A stretch of DNA of 64,000 nt from Gemmatimonadales bacterium (GTDB lineage: Bacteria > Gemmatimonadota > Gemmatimonadetes > Gemmatimonadales > GWC2-71-9), in NCBI GenBank assembly GCA_037189525.1, contig JBBCJC010000001.1, positions 384,001 through 448,000 on the forward strand, in the 5' to 3' direction. Positions within the stretch are counted from its first letter, which is position 1, and each line of letters opens with the position of its first letter. The translations under genes and the position numbers were made by a program. Under the pieces are notes generated by a model that worked only from the letters and a program-made list of their open reading frames with translations, did not search any database and had not been told where the DNA came from. Positions 48,231-57,021 of the stretch are shown one piece after another.

Positions 48231-51110
48231 TCATTGGCCCGCCTGATTTCGGGCCCAGGCGCGGTCGGCATCTCGGGCCAACACAGGAAAGCGCACCCGG
48301 ACCGAATCCAACACCCTCCGGGCATCGGAGAGATGCCGCGCCGCATCCGTCCGCCGGCCCGCCCGATCGAGCGCCATTCCATAGCCCAGATTGGCCTCGG
48401 CCGTCCTCGGATCCGCCTCCCCAAACTGTTTGCGATTGAGCTCGAGCCCACGCCCGAGGGCAGAATCCGCAGCCTCCAGCCGGTTCATGGCCAGCAGCGT
48501 CCGCCCCAATCCGACCAGCGCTGGCCCAAGCCGAATTTCTGTCTGAGGCAACCCCGCTTCGAACTGCCCGATGACCCGACGATACAGCGCCTCCGCTTCC
48601 TCCGCCGTGCCTCGTTCACGAAGCGTGGCAGCCAGCCCGGTCGTGACCGCCGAAGTAAAAGGGTGATCCGGCCCCAAAGTCCGCCCGTACATCGCCACCG
48701 CGTCGCGATAATAGGGCTCCGCCGCCGCGGGATTGCCTTCCCGGAAATAGGTGCCCGCAAGACCGTTCAGAGTGAAGGCGACGCGGGTGTGCTCCGGTCC
48801 CATCAGCTTGCGATAAATCACCAGCGTCTGCTGATAGGCCGCACGCGATTCGGCAAATCGTCCCCGGTCGAGCAATGCGTTGGCCAGATTGACCATGCTG
48901 GCAGCCACGTAGGGATGCTCTTCACCAAACAGCTTCCGATCGAGCGCCATCGCCTGGCGGAACAGGCTCTCCGCCTCGGCAAACTTCTGTCGCTCCCGAA
49001 GCAACTGACCGAGATTGTTGAGATGCACCGTAATACTCGGATGCGCCTCCTCGAAGACCGACCGCTTGAGCGCCAGCGACTCCCGAAAAAGCACCTCCGC
49101 GGAGTCGAGCTGCCCCAACAGTTGCTTGGCTTGCGCCAGGTTGTGAATCGTCTCTGCCAGCTTGGGGTGGGTCGGACCTAACGCCTCCCGGTCGATCGCA
49201 ATCGCCTGGGCATAGAGCGACTCTGCAGCGGCATAATTGCCGGACAACCAGCTCAGCACGCCCAGATTGTTGAGGCTTTCACTGATTGCAGTAGGTGCCG
49301 ACGGGGTCAACGCACGACGCACGGCCAGCCCCTCTTCGAAGAGCGACCGGGCCCCGTCGTAATTCCCCTGCTCCTGCAGCGTCGTTGCGAGCCGGTCGAG
49401 GCTGGTGGCGAGTGCCGCCTCGTGCACGGGATGGGATCGCCGCACCACGCGATAGCTCTCCACCGCAGCCCGCAGAACCGGCTCGGCCTCGGTGTACTTG
49501 CCTTGTCCCAGATAGGCTTCGCCGAGCGCGGTTTTGCTCTCGGCGACTGCGGCATGATGTCCCGGCATCCCGGACCAGAGCGCAACCGACCGTTCGAGTA
49601 GCGGAGCCGAGCGATCATACATGCCAAGATTCGAATAAACCCGGCCCAATACCGTCAGCATCTCGGCCTGCAGAGGCGGGTCGTCCGTCAGAGTCGAGTC
49701 CACCACTCGGCTGCCACGGTCGAGCAACTCCAGCGCCGTGACTTCGCGCCCGCGCTCCGGCGACGGATCGTAGGGATCAGACGCCCCGAACACGCCGACC
49801 AGGAACTCCTTGGCGGCAGCAGCCGTGCTCGCCTCGGACTCCGCACGCGCACGTAACGAGCGTTCACGCACCGCCGACCCCAAGATCAAAGCCCCGAGCA
49901 AAACACTACCTGCTACGGCATACCGATGCCGGCCCACGAACTTCCGCGCCCGATATCCTACCGTATCCGGCCGCGCCAGCACCGGCCGCCCTTCTTCATA
50001 GCGTCGGAGGTCGTCCAGCAGCTCCGCAGCCGAGTGATAGCGCCGGGCCGGATCTTTTCGGAGCGCCTTGAGGATGATGGTATCGAGATCACCCCGGAGC
50101 CGGCGGCGAGCCGTGTCGGGCGAGACCCCAGCCCCCATCGTGTTGATCACAGCCGTCGACGGACGAGGCGGCTCCGTTTCGCAGATGATCCGCTCGATGT
50201 CGCCCAAGCCCCGCCCGGCAAGCTGATAGGGACGCTGACCTGCCAGCAGTTCGAACAATATCACGCCGAGCGCGTACACATCCGTAGCTGGCGTGACCCG
50301 ACCGCCCTTTACCTGCTCTGGACTGGCATACTCCGGCGTCATGACCCGCATCCCGGTCCGGGTCAGCGGCACCAAATCCCGGCTCTCGTCCTCGTCCAGC
50401 AGCTTGGCAATGCCGAAATCGAGCAGCTTGATCTGACCGGTGGGCGTTACCAGAATGTTGGAGGGCTTGAGGTCGCGATGCACCACCAACTGTTCGTGGG
50501 CATACTGCACCGCCGCCGCCACATCCCGCATCAACCGGAGCCGTTCCGGAATCGAGCTGGCCGACTCGGCGCAATGGCGGTCGAGCGGCTTCCCGTCGAC
50601 GAACTCCATCACGATGTACGGGGTACCGTCGGGAGCAATGCCGCCGTCGAGCAGCCGGGCAATCCCGGGGTGGTCGAGCGTTGCCAGGATCTGACGCTCG
50701 TGGCGGAACCGCCGGATCATCGGCTCCGACGCCAGCCCGCGCCGGAGCACTTTGACGGCCACCTGCTTCCGGAACTGGTCGTCGTCCCGCTCGGCCAGAA
50801 AAACCGCCCCCATCCCGCCCTGACCCAGCTCGCGGACGATCCGATACGGACCGACCCGTGTCAGCCGTTCGGCCTCTCGCTCGCCGCTAGCCAGGTTTTC
50901 CAGCAGGGAGCCCGCCAGCGCGGCCGGCGGATCGGGCAGGCGGGTCGGCTGGCCGCAGGCAATCAGCAGCCCCTCTACCGCCCCCCGAAGGGTGTGATCC
51001 TCCCCGGCGCGTCTGGCCACGTGCGCCATCCGATCCGACTCGGGCAGGTCGAGCGCCTCGTCGAGGAGGTCCTCGATCTGCTTCCACCGCTCCGGCGAAA
51101 CTGTCCTCAC
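48231..51110 (-). CDS. Ser/Thr protein kinase with TM segment and C-terminal TPR repeats
   Basis: GQGGMG, VAVK, HRDLKPSN, DFG, TPEYASPE; TPR repeats; GGAGG RBS before GTG at 51110. Confidence 0.93.
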   Translation of the reverse strand: MRTVSPERWKQIEDLLDEALDLPESDRMAHVARRAGEDHTLRGAVEGLLIACGQPTRLPDPPAALAGSLLENLASGEREAERLTRVGPYRIVRELGQGGMGAVFLAERDDDQFRKQVAVKVLRRGLASEPMIRRFRHERQILATLDHPGIARLLDGGIAPDGTPYIVMEFVDGKPLDRHCAESASSIPERLRLMRDVAAAVQYAHEQLVVHRDLKPSNILVTPTGQIKLLDFGIAKLLDEDESRDLVPLTRTGMRVMTPEYASPEQVKGGRVTPATDVYALGVILFELLAGQRPYQLAGRGLGDIERIICETEPPRPSTAVINTMGAGVSPDTARRRLRGDLDTIILKALRKDPARRYHSAAELLDDLRRYEEGRPVLARPDTVGYRARKFVGRHRYAVAGSVLLGALILGSAVRERSLRARAESEASTAAAAKEFLVGVFGASDPYDPSPERGREVTALELLDRGSRVVDSTLTDDPPLQAEMLTVLGRVYSNLGMYDRSAPLLERSVALWSGMPGHHAAVAESKTALGEAYLGQGKYTEAEPVLRAAVESYRVVRRSHPVHEAALATSLDRLATTLQEQGNYDGARSLFEEGLAVRRALTPSAPTAISESLNNLGVLSWLSGNYAAAESLYAQAIAIDREALGPTHPKLAETIHNLAQAKQLLGQLDSAEVLFRESLALKRSVFEEAHPSITVHLNNLGQLLRERQKFAEAESLFRQAMALDRKLFGEEHPYVAASMVNLANALLDRGRFAESRAAYQQTLVIYRKLMGPEHTRVAFTLNGLAGTYFREGNPAAAEPYYRDAVAMYGRTLGPDHPFTSAVTTGLAATLRERGTAEEAEALYRRVIGQFEAGLPQTEIRLGPALVGLGRTLLAMNRLEAADSALGRGLELNRKQFGEADPRTAEANLGYGMALDRAGRRTDAARHLSDARRVLDSVRVRFPVLARDADRAWARNQAGQ

Positions 51111-51216
51111 GTACCCTCCATCACCCGGCAAATCGGCAAATGTCCGGTTTGGGCAACCCACGACGCGTCTGTTGGTGACGGCCAATATAGAACCTCAGAA
51201 TAGGACCTGATTCACC

Positions 51217-51618
51217 ATGTCGCGCCAGACCTTGAAGCACCTCTGCTTTGCCGCCGCTTTCGCCCTCCTGACCACCGCCTGCGGAGAGGGGAGCGGCAAC
51301 CCCGCCGGCCCCACCCCGAGCCCGGCCAACGGCACCGTGTCGCTCACCAATCAAGCGAACACGCCGATCATTGCAGTGAACATCACCAGTTGCTCGGACG
51401 ACTCCTGGGGCGAGAACCGCCTCGAGAGCGGCCAGGTCATCCCGCCCGGCGGCAACCGGACCTGGAGCGTGCCGGCAGGCTGCTACGATGTTCGCGCGTC
51501 GACCGCCGCCAAGTCGGGTTCCTGGTGGGACCGGACCGTGAGCGCCGGCAACGTCCTGCAACTGGCGCTGTCGTCGGCCGCCAACGAGATCGCGATGTCC
51601 GCCGCCAAAAGCCGCTGA
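51217..51618 (+). CDS. Small lipoprotein
   Basis: Lipobox LTTAC; SCSDDSWGENRL...GCYDVR. Confidence 0.7.
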   Translation: MSRQTLKHLCFAAAFALLTTACGEGSGNPAGPTPSPANGTVSLTNQANTPIIAVNITSCSDDSWGENRLESGQVIPPGGNRTWSVPAGCYDVRASTAAKSGSWWDRTVSAGNVLQLALSSAANEIAMSAAKSR

Positions 51619-51711
51619 GCCTGACCGGGGCCGGCCGCGCATCGTAACCTGCGCGCCGGCCCCGGGTCCCACCGACGGCGAAATCTCGGCACGGTCGGTA
51701 TCTTCCCGGCC

Positions 51712-52299
51712 ATGGATCTCTTCGCCGCCGTCATCACGCTGTTCCTGATCATGGACCCGCTCGGGAACATTCCAGTCTTCCTGTCGGTGCTCCAACCGGT
51801 CGACCCTGCCCGGCGGCGAACTATCCTGATCCGGGAGATCCTGATCGCCTACGTCGTTCTGCTGGTTTTCTTCTTTCTGGGCGAGCACCTGCTCCGCCTG
51901 CTCCATCTGGAACAGGAGACCATCAGCATCGCCGGCGGGATCGTCCTCTTCCTGATTGCATTGCGGATGATTTTCCCGCCCGAGGGCGGTATGCTGGGCG
52001 ACACCCCCGAGGGCGAGCCGTTCGTCGTACCGCTGGCCATCCCGCTGATTGCCGGACCTTCGACCCTCGCGGCCGTGCTCCTGCTGCAGCGATCGGCTCA
52101 GGGCTCCACCTTCATGCTGCTGGGTGCGATGACCATGGCCTGGGCGCTGAGCGCCGTCATCCTGCTGTCGTCGACCTTCTTCTACCGGATTCTGCGCGAA
52201 CGTGGCCTGATTGCCATGGAGCGCTTGATGGGCATGTTGCTGGTGATGGTGGCGGTACAGATGCTGATCGGCGGGCTCAAGGCGCTGCTGAATCCCTGA
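51712..52299 (+). CDS. MarC/YhgN (NAAT) membrane protein
   Basis: MDPLGNIP, VPLAIPLIAGP, ERLMG. Confidence 0.92.
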   Translation: MDLFAAVITLFLIMDPLGNIPVFLSVLQPVDPARRRTILIREILIAYVVLLVFFFLGEHLLRLLHLEQETISIAGGIVLFLIALRMIFPPEGGMLGDTPEGEPFVVPLAIPLIAGPSTLAAVLLLQRSAQGSTFMLLGAMTMAWALSAVILLSSTFFYRILRERGLIAMERLMGMLLVMVAVQMLIGGLKALLNP

Positions 52300-52337
52300 A
52301 CCCGCCGACTGTTTGCTCGACTCCAGCGGAGCCGGCG

Positions 52338-52973
52338 CTACACCACACCCGCGAGGATATCCCGAATGGCGGCGATTTCGTCGTCGTTGACCAGATGCCC
52401 CATGCCGGGATAGAGCTTCATCGTCACCTTGCCCTGCATCCGCCGCAGCACCTCGGCAGAGTGACGGACCCGGGCTGCGGGAATGTGCGGATCGATGTCG
52501 CTGCAACCGAGAAAGACCGGGGTGCCGTCGAGCGAGCCGGCATAGTCACGCGGGGTATCGTCCGGACCGATCAGCCCGCCGCTCAGCATCACGACGCCGC
52601 CGTACCGCCGTGCGTGCCTGGCGGCAAACTCACCCGCTAAGCAGGCACCCTGCGAGAAGCCCAGCAGCACCGTCCTATCCGCCGGAATACCCGCCTCCGC
52701 GATCGATGCCAGCAAGTGCTCGAGCGCCGCCATCGCCGACGAAATACCAGGTTCGTTCTGATCGAGCGGCATCAGAAAACTATACGGGTACCAGGTGTTG
52801 CCCGCCGCCTGCGGAGCCAGGTATGCCACGTCGGGCCGATCGATGACCGACTCCAGCGTCAGAATGCTCTCCGCCGTGGCCCCGCGACCGTGGATCATCA
52901 CCATGGCCGCTTTGGCTTCGCCGAGCGGTACGCCAGCTGCGTATACGGGCTGGCCCTCGTGCAGTGTCGTCAC
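52338..52973 (-). CDS. Phospholipase/carboxylesterase (MhqD-like)
   Basis: HGRG, GFSQGA, DPHIP, GH. Confidence 0.88.
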   Translation of the reverse strand: MTTLHEGQPVYAAGVPLGEAKAAMVMIHGRGATAESILTLESVIDRPDVAYLAPQAAGNTWYPYSFLMPLDQNEPGISSAMAALEHLLASIAEAGIPADRTVLLGFSQGACLAGEFAARHARRYGGVVMLSGGLIGPDDTPRDYAGSLDGTPVFLGCSDIDPHIPAARVRHSAEVLRRMQGKVTMKLYPGMGHLVNDDEIAAIRDILAGVV

Positions 52974-53953
52974 GACGCACCTCCCGCCTGGGCCGAGCCC
53001 AGCCGTTTCGGTTCACGCAGGGGCTGCAGCCCCGCTTCGATGACCCCGCGGCGCGGCTCCAGCCAGGGAGGCAGCACCAGGCTTTCCCCCAGCGACTCCA
53101 GCGGTTCATCGACCGTGAAGCCAGGACCGTCCGTTGCCACTTCGAAGAGCGCTCCGCCCGGCTCCTTGAAGTAGATCGACTTGAACCAGAACCGGTCGAT
53201 CACTTCCGTGGGAGACTGGTGCGCATTGGCCACCCGCCGCTGCACCGCCACATGGCTGTCATCGTCGGGCACCCGCCAGGCGATGTGGTGAACGCTGCCA
53301 CGGCCCCAGGCGCCGCGACGCTCACCGGGTCGCTCCGCGAGATCGAGTACTCGGCCCGATCCGCCCGTGCCAACCGCAAAGCGCCGCCAACCGTCTTCCG
53401 TCCCGACTTCCCGGAATCCCAACCCGTCGACCAGAAACCGCACCGACGGTTCCCCGGCTCGTACCAGCAGCCGCGCACCATGCAGACCAAGCACTTGCCG
53501 ATCGGCCGGCACCGGGCTCTCGGCCCACGGCGTAAACTCCCGCGCATCGGCCGTTTCCACCAGCGCCAGGTTGAGCCCATGCGGATCCTGGAAGGTGATC
53601 AGCTGCTCGCCGAAGCGGGTCACGGGGCCGCTGATTTCAACGCCGGCACGGCCCAGCCGCTCCATCCAGTACGGCAGGGTCCCCTGCGGAATGGCCAGCG
53701 CAACTTCGACGGTCTGGCCCGCACCCGTCACGCCAGGACCCATATCCGGCCACGGGAAGAAGGTGAGATCCGTCCCCGCGTGCGCCTCGCCGTCGGCATA
53801 GAAGAGATGGTAGGTGCCTGGCGCATCCTGATTGACGGACTTCTTGACGAAGCGCATCCCCATTACGCCGACATAGAAATCGAGGTTCTCCTGGGGATCG
53901 CCCGCAATCACGGTGATGTGGTGCAGGCCGGTAACGATGTCGTTGGTGGTCAT
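52970..53953 (-). CDS. Ring-cleaving dioxygenase (MhqA/E/O-like VOC)
   Basis: GLHHIT, VKKSVNQD, LTFFPW, VHHIAW, DRFWFKSIYF, FEVATDGPGF. Confidence 0.92.
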   Translation of the reverse strand: MTTNDIVTGLHHITVIAGDPQENLDFYVGVMGMRFVKKSVNQDAPGTYHLFYADGEAHAGTDLTFFPWPDMGPGVTGAGQTVEVALAIPQGTLPYWMERLGRAGVEISGPVTRFGEQLITFQDPHGLNLALVETADAREFTPWAESPVPADRQVLGLHGARLLVRAGEPSVRFLVDGLGFREVGTEDGWRRFAVGTGGSGRVLDLAERPGERRGAWGRGSVHHIAWRVPDDDSHVAVQRRVANAHQSPTEVIDRFWFKSIYFKEPGGALFEVATDGPGFTVDEPLESLGESLVLPPWLEPRRGVIEAGLQPLREPKRLGSAQAGGAS

Positions 53954-54013
53954 GGTCCAGCTCCTTCGGTGTCGAGGCCGCATTCTGCCCAGCGGCGTTA
54001 TCACAATATAAAG

Positions 54014-54031
54014 AATCTTAGAACTAAGGCA
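54014..54031. promoter_or_regulatory. Candidate MhqR-type operator upstream of the dioxygenase
   Basis: AATCTTAGAACTAAGGCA near-palindrome, similar to the 54531 site. Confidence 0.6.
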
Positions 54032-54052
54032 ATAGTCGAAATCGAGACCGCC

Positions 54053-54514
54053 TCAGTCGGCCTCGGACCCGATCCGCTCGGCCGCATAGGTGCCCAGGGT
54101 CCGAAGCTTCTCGCCCAGCGCGCGCTGCTCGCTCTCGCCGAGGCCTCGCATCGCCAGATCGAGGGTTTCGGCGTGCTCGGGAAACACCGTCTCGATCAGG
54201 CGGATGCCGGATACAGTTAGTGCGACAAACCGGGCGCGCCGATCATCGGGACACGGCCGGCGCTCGACCAATCCCTTGGCCTCGAGTCGGTCCACCACGT
54301 AGGTAATCCCTCCGCTCGACACCAGAATCTTTCGCTGCAACTCACCCAGGAGCAGCGGACCCTTGTGAAGCAGCGCCTCCAGCACCCCGAATTCCGGGAG
54401 CGTGAGATCGTGCCGCGCCACCTGAAGGCGGGCATGGTCCTCGATGGCCCGATGCGCCCGCGACAACACGATCCATAGCTTGAGCGCGGCGTCCCGGCGA
54501 CGCGACTTGCCCAT
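54053..54514 (-). CDS. MarR-family regulator (MhqR-like)
   Basis: EFGVLEALLHKGP, ILVSSGGITYVVDRLE, DRR, FPEH. Confidence 0.9.
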   Translation of the reverse strand: MGKSRRRDAALKLWIVLSRAHRAIEDHARLQVARHDLTLPEFGVLEALLHKGPLLLGELQRKILVSSGGITYVVDRLEAKGLVERRPCPDDRRARFVALTVSGIRLIETVFPEHAETLDLAMRGLGESEQRALGEKLRTLGTYAAERIGSEAD

Positions 54515-54530
54515 ATTGGCTCCGTCTTAA

Positions 54531-54550
54531 ATATCTCACAACTAAGATAT
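54531..54550. promoter_or_regulatory. Candidate MhqR autoregulatory operator
   Basis: ATATCT-CACAACTA-AGATAT palindrome just upstream of the MarR start. Confidence 0.7.
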
Positions 54551-54713
54551 AATGGTCGACGTATCCCGACAAGTCCGCGCCGGTCACCGGGAGTGGTCCG
54601 GACCTCCATCTCAGGCTTCGGCTGGACCGCCCCTGACACCGCGTGGACCGATCCAACGCCCGCAATGAACCAGGTATCCAATCACTATCACCCTGAACAC
54701 AGGATCGAGCACG

Positions 54714-55613
54714 ATGTATCGCATCTCCCTGGTTGCCGCAGCTATCCTCATACCGGCCAATGCTTTGGCTCAGATCGTCGGACGAAACGAGAGCACCTAT
54801 TCGGTCGCCCATCGGATCGGCAATGGCGACTGGGTCCGCATCGCTTCTCCCAACGGAACGATTCGAATCGTGCAGACCTCGGGGTCCGAGGTTCGGGTCC
54901 GCGCGGAAAAAACCGTGCGGCGCGGGTCGGTCGACGATGTCGGATTCGTCGTCAGACGCAACAACGGCGGCCTGACCGTGTGCGCCGTCTACGAAGATGA
55001 ATCGGAATGCGCCGACGACGGCAGCTATCGGAGCCGTCAACGATGGTCGGGGTATGACAGGCCCCAGGTGCGGACCGACTTCACGGTATCGATCCCGGCA
55101 AACGCGAAAGTGAAAGCCGGGAGCGGCAATGGCGATGTCACCATCGAAGGCGCCGGCGCAACCGTGGTGGCCTCGACCGGCAACGGCGACATCGAAGTCT
55201 CCGACGCCCAGGGCGAGGTCCAAGCCCACAGCGGCAACGGGCGGGTGACGATCACCGCTGCCAAGGGAGCGGTCGACGTATCGACCGGCAACGGCGCCAT
55301 CAAAATTGCGACGGCCATGGGCCCCGTCGACGCCCACACGGGCAACGGCTCCATCGACGTCACCATGGACCGGGTTCAGGGTTCTCCGGACATGCGCTTC
55401 ACCACCGGCAACGGCGGGATCACCGTCCGCGTCCCCGACGGATTCGGCGCCGAGTTGGTGTCGAGCACCGGAGGCGGTCGGGTAACGGTGGACCTCCCCT
55501 TCGAAGTCGAAGGCCGGATCCGGAAATCCAGCGTCCGGGGCCGGATCGGTTCGGGAGGCGGCCGCCTGGTTCTCAGATCCGGCAACGGCAGCGTCAACGT
55601 GAGGCGTTCCTGA
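54714..55613 (+). CDS. DUF4097-like beta-strand repeat secreted protein
   Basis: Signal peptide; about 8 (S/T)GNG-type repeats. Confidence 0.85.
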   Translation: MYRISLVAAAILIPANALAQIVGRNESTYSVAHRIGNGDWVRIASPNGTIRIVQTSGSEVRVRAEKTVRRGSVDDVGFVVRRNNGGLTVCAVYEDESECADDGSYRSRQRWSGYDRPQVRTDFTVSIPANAKVKAGSGNGDVTIEGAGATVVASTGNGDIEVSDAQGEVQAHSGNGRVTITAAKGAVDVSTGNGAIKIATAMGPVDAHTGNGSIDVTMDRVQGSPDMRFTTGNGGITVRVPDGFGAELVSSTGGGRVTVDLPFEVEGRIRKSSVRGRIGSGGGRLVLRSGNGSVNVRRS

Positions 55614-55671
55614 GCCGAAGCGGGGTGGGACCGATCACCAACGACGGCCCCACCCTACCGCTCGAGACGAC

Positions 55672-56811
55672 TCAGCAGCCATTGACCCCCGGGTTCCGAT
55701 CGCGCGCGTCGCGAGGCGGCAGCGACCCGTCGAATCGGAGTTCATAGCTGTCCTGCACCTGGTTTCCCTCGTAGCGAATCGATTGCCGCACATGGGCGGG
55801 TCGGGTCCGCCCGCTCATCAGACTGTACCAGTTGTTGGTCGACTCGGTGTAGACCGGACCGCAGCGCACCAACCGAACGGCAATGCCCTGTTCGTACACG
55901 ATGCCCAGCAGATGCTCCCCCTTGGGATGCATGCCCTGTTCATCGAACGCCACCAGTTTGACCTGCGTAGCGGTCCCGCTGGCCCGGACCGAGAACTTCC
56001 GGCCCGCGTAGGCCACGCTGCCGCTCATCATCATCGGATTGGGATCGCCCAGTGAGGACAGATCGGCCGCGACCGGCGCGTCGGCAGTCCAGACGATCTC
56101 GGTGGGCAACTCGCGCAATTTCTTCCAGTCGTACAACGGCGCTCCACCGGTCGGAACCAGCAACCCGGTAAGAATCACGGCAAGCCGCTGATGCGGAGCA
56201 ACCGTCGACACTGGCGTCCGTGTCTCGCCCGGCGCGCACCGCTCGGTGTAGTTGGCCAGTTGATTGGACTGCAACGCCGGAAGTTCGTCACCGAAAGTGA
56301 GGACGTATCCCTCGCCCGGGCGCCCGGGGCCGGGAGGCTGGATCGAGAGGAACGCTGCCGCCGGTCCGCCGGTCAATCGATACCAGTTGGAGCCGCCGGA
56401 TCCTGCCCGCACCGGACAGCGAGCCAGCGCCGCAGCGATGCCCGCATCACGAAGCGCCTGCACCATCGCAGAATCACCGACCCCGCCTGATCCGGTCCGA
56501 ACGAACAGGGTCAGAACCATGGTGCGCGCCCCGCTCGCCACCACGGCCTGTTTGGCCCCGCCGAGCGTGACGGTGCCCTGGCGGGCAAAGCAATCGCCGT
56601 TGGGAAGACAGTTTCGGAACGCGGTCGGAGGCAACGGCGCCCAGCTGACGCCGGCCAATCGTTCGATCCCGCTCCAATCGGCAGGCGATCCAAGACCGAG
56701 ATACTGTTTGAAGAGGTTGGCAAGATCGGACGCAGGCTGCGCGTTAAGAACGTGCGGCCAGGACGACACCAGCAACGACACCAGGACGACACGAACCAGT
56801 AGCCGGGACAT
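55672..56811 (-). CDS. Secreted hypothetical protein with an internal domain duplication
   Basis: Signal peptide; two copies of W...G.V...G....V.ASG..T.V...GI...L.RC...NWY.L. Confidence 0.7.
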   Translation of the reverse strand: MSRLLVRVVLVSLLVSSWPHVLNAQPASDLANLFKQYLGLGSPADWSGIERLAGVSWAPLPPTAFRNCLPNGDCFARQGTVTLGGAKQAVVASGARTMVLTLFVRTGSGGVGDSAMVQALRDAGIAAALARCPVRAGSGGSNWYRLTGGPAAAFLSIQPPGPGRPGEGYVLTFGDELPALQSNQLANYTERCAPGETRTPVSTVAPHQRLAVILTGLLVPTGGAPLYDWKKLRELPTEIVWTADAPVAADLSSLGDPNPMMMSGSVAYAGRKFSVRASGTATQVKLVAFDEQGMHPKGEHLLGIVYEQGIAVRLVRCGPVYTESTNNWYSLMSGRTRPAHVRQSIRYEGNQVQDSYELRFDGSLPPRDARDRNPGVNGC

Positions 56812-56962
56812 AGACTCCTCACCGAGAGAGCGGCCGCACCGTCCGGTGCAGTCACGCTCCCAGAATACGCGAAACCGGTCATCCGACCGTCACGACGGAG
56901 CTACTCGTCGGCCAACCCGCTCGATACTCGCTCCTGGATCTTCCAGCCGAGAACCTGTCCAC

Positions 56963-56997
56963 AAAAAAGAAAGCCGGGCGGTGACCTCCGCCCGGCT
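56963..56997 (-). terminator. Rho-independent terminator
   Basis: AGCCGGGCGG/CCGCCCGGCT hairpin plus U-tract on the minus strand. Confidence 0.8.
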
Positions 56998-57021
56998 CTC
57001 TACTCTCCTGCGATGCGTCCC

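Noticed and set aside
55115..55420. Periodic GGCAACGGC nucleotide repeats
   Set aside because: Explained by GNG protein repeats of the DUF4097-like CDS
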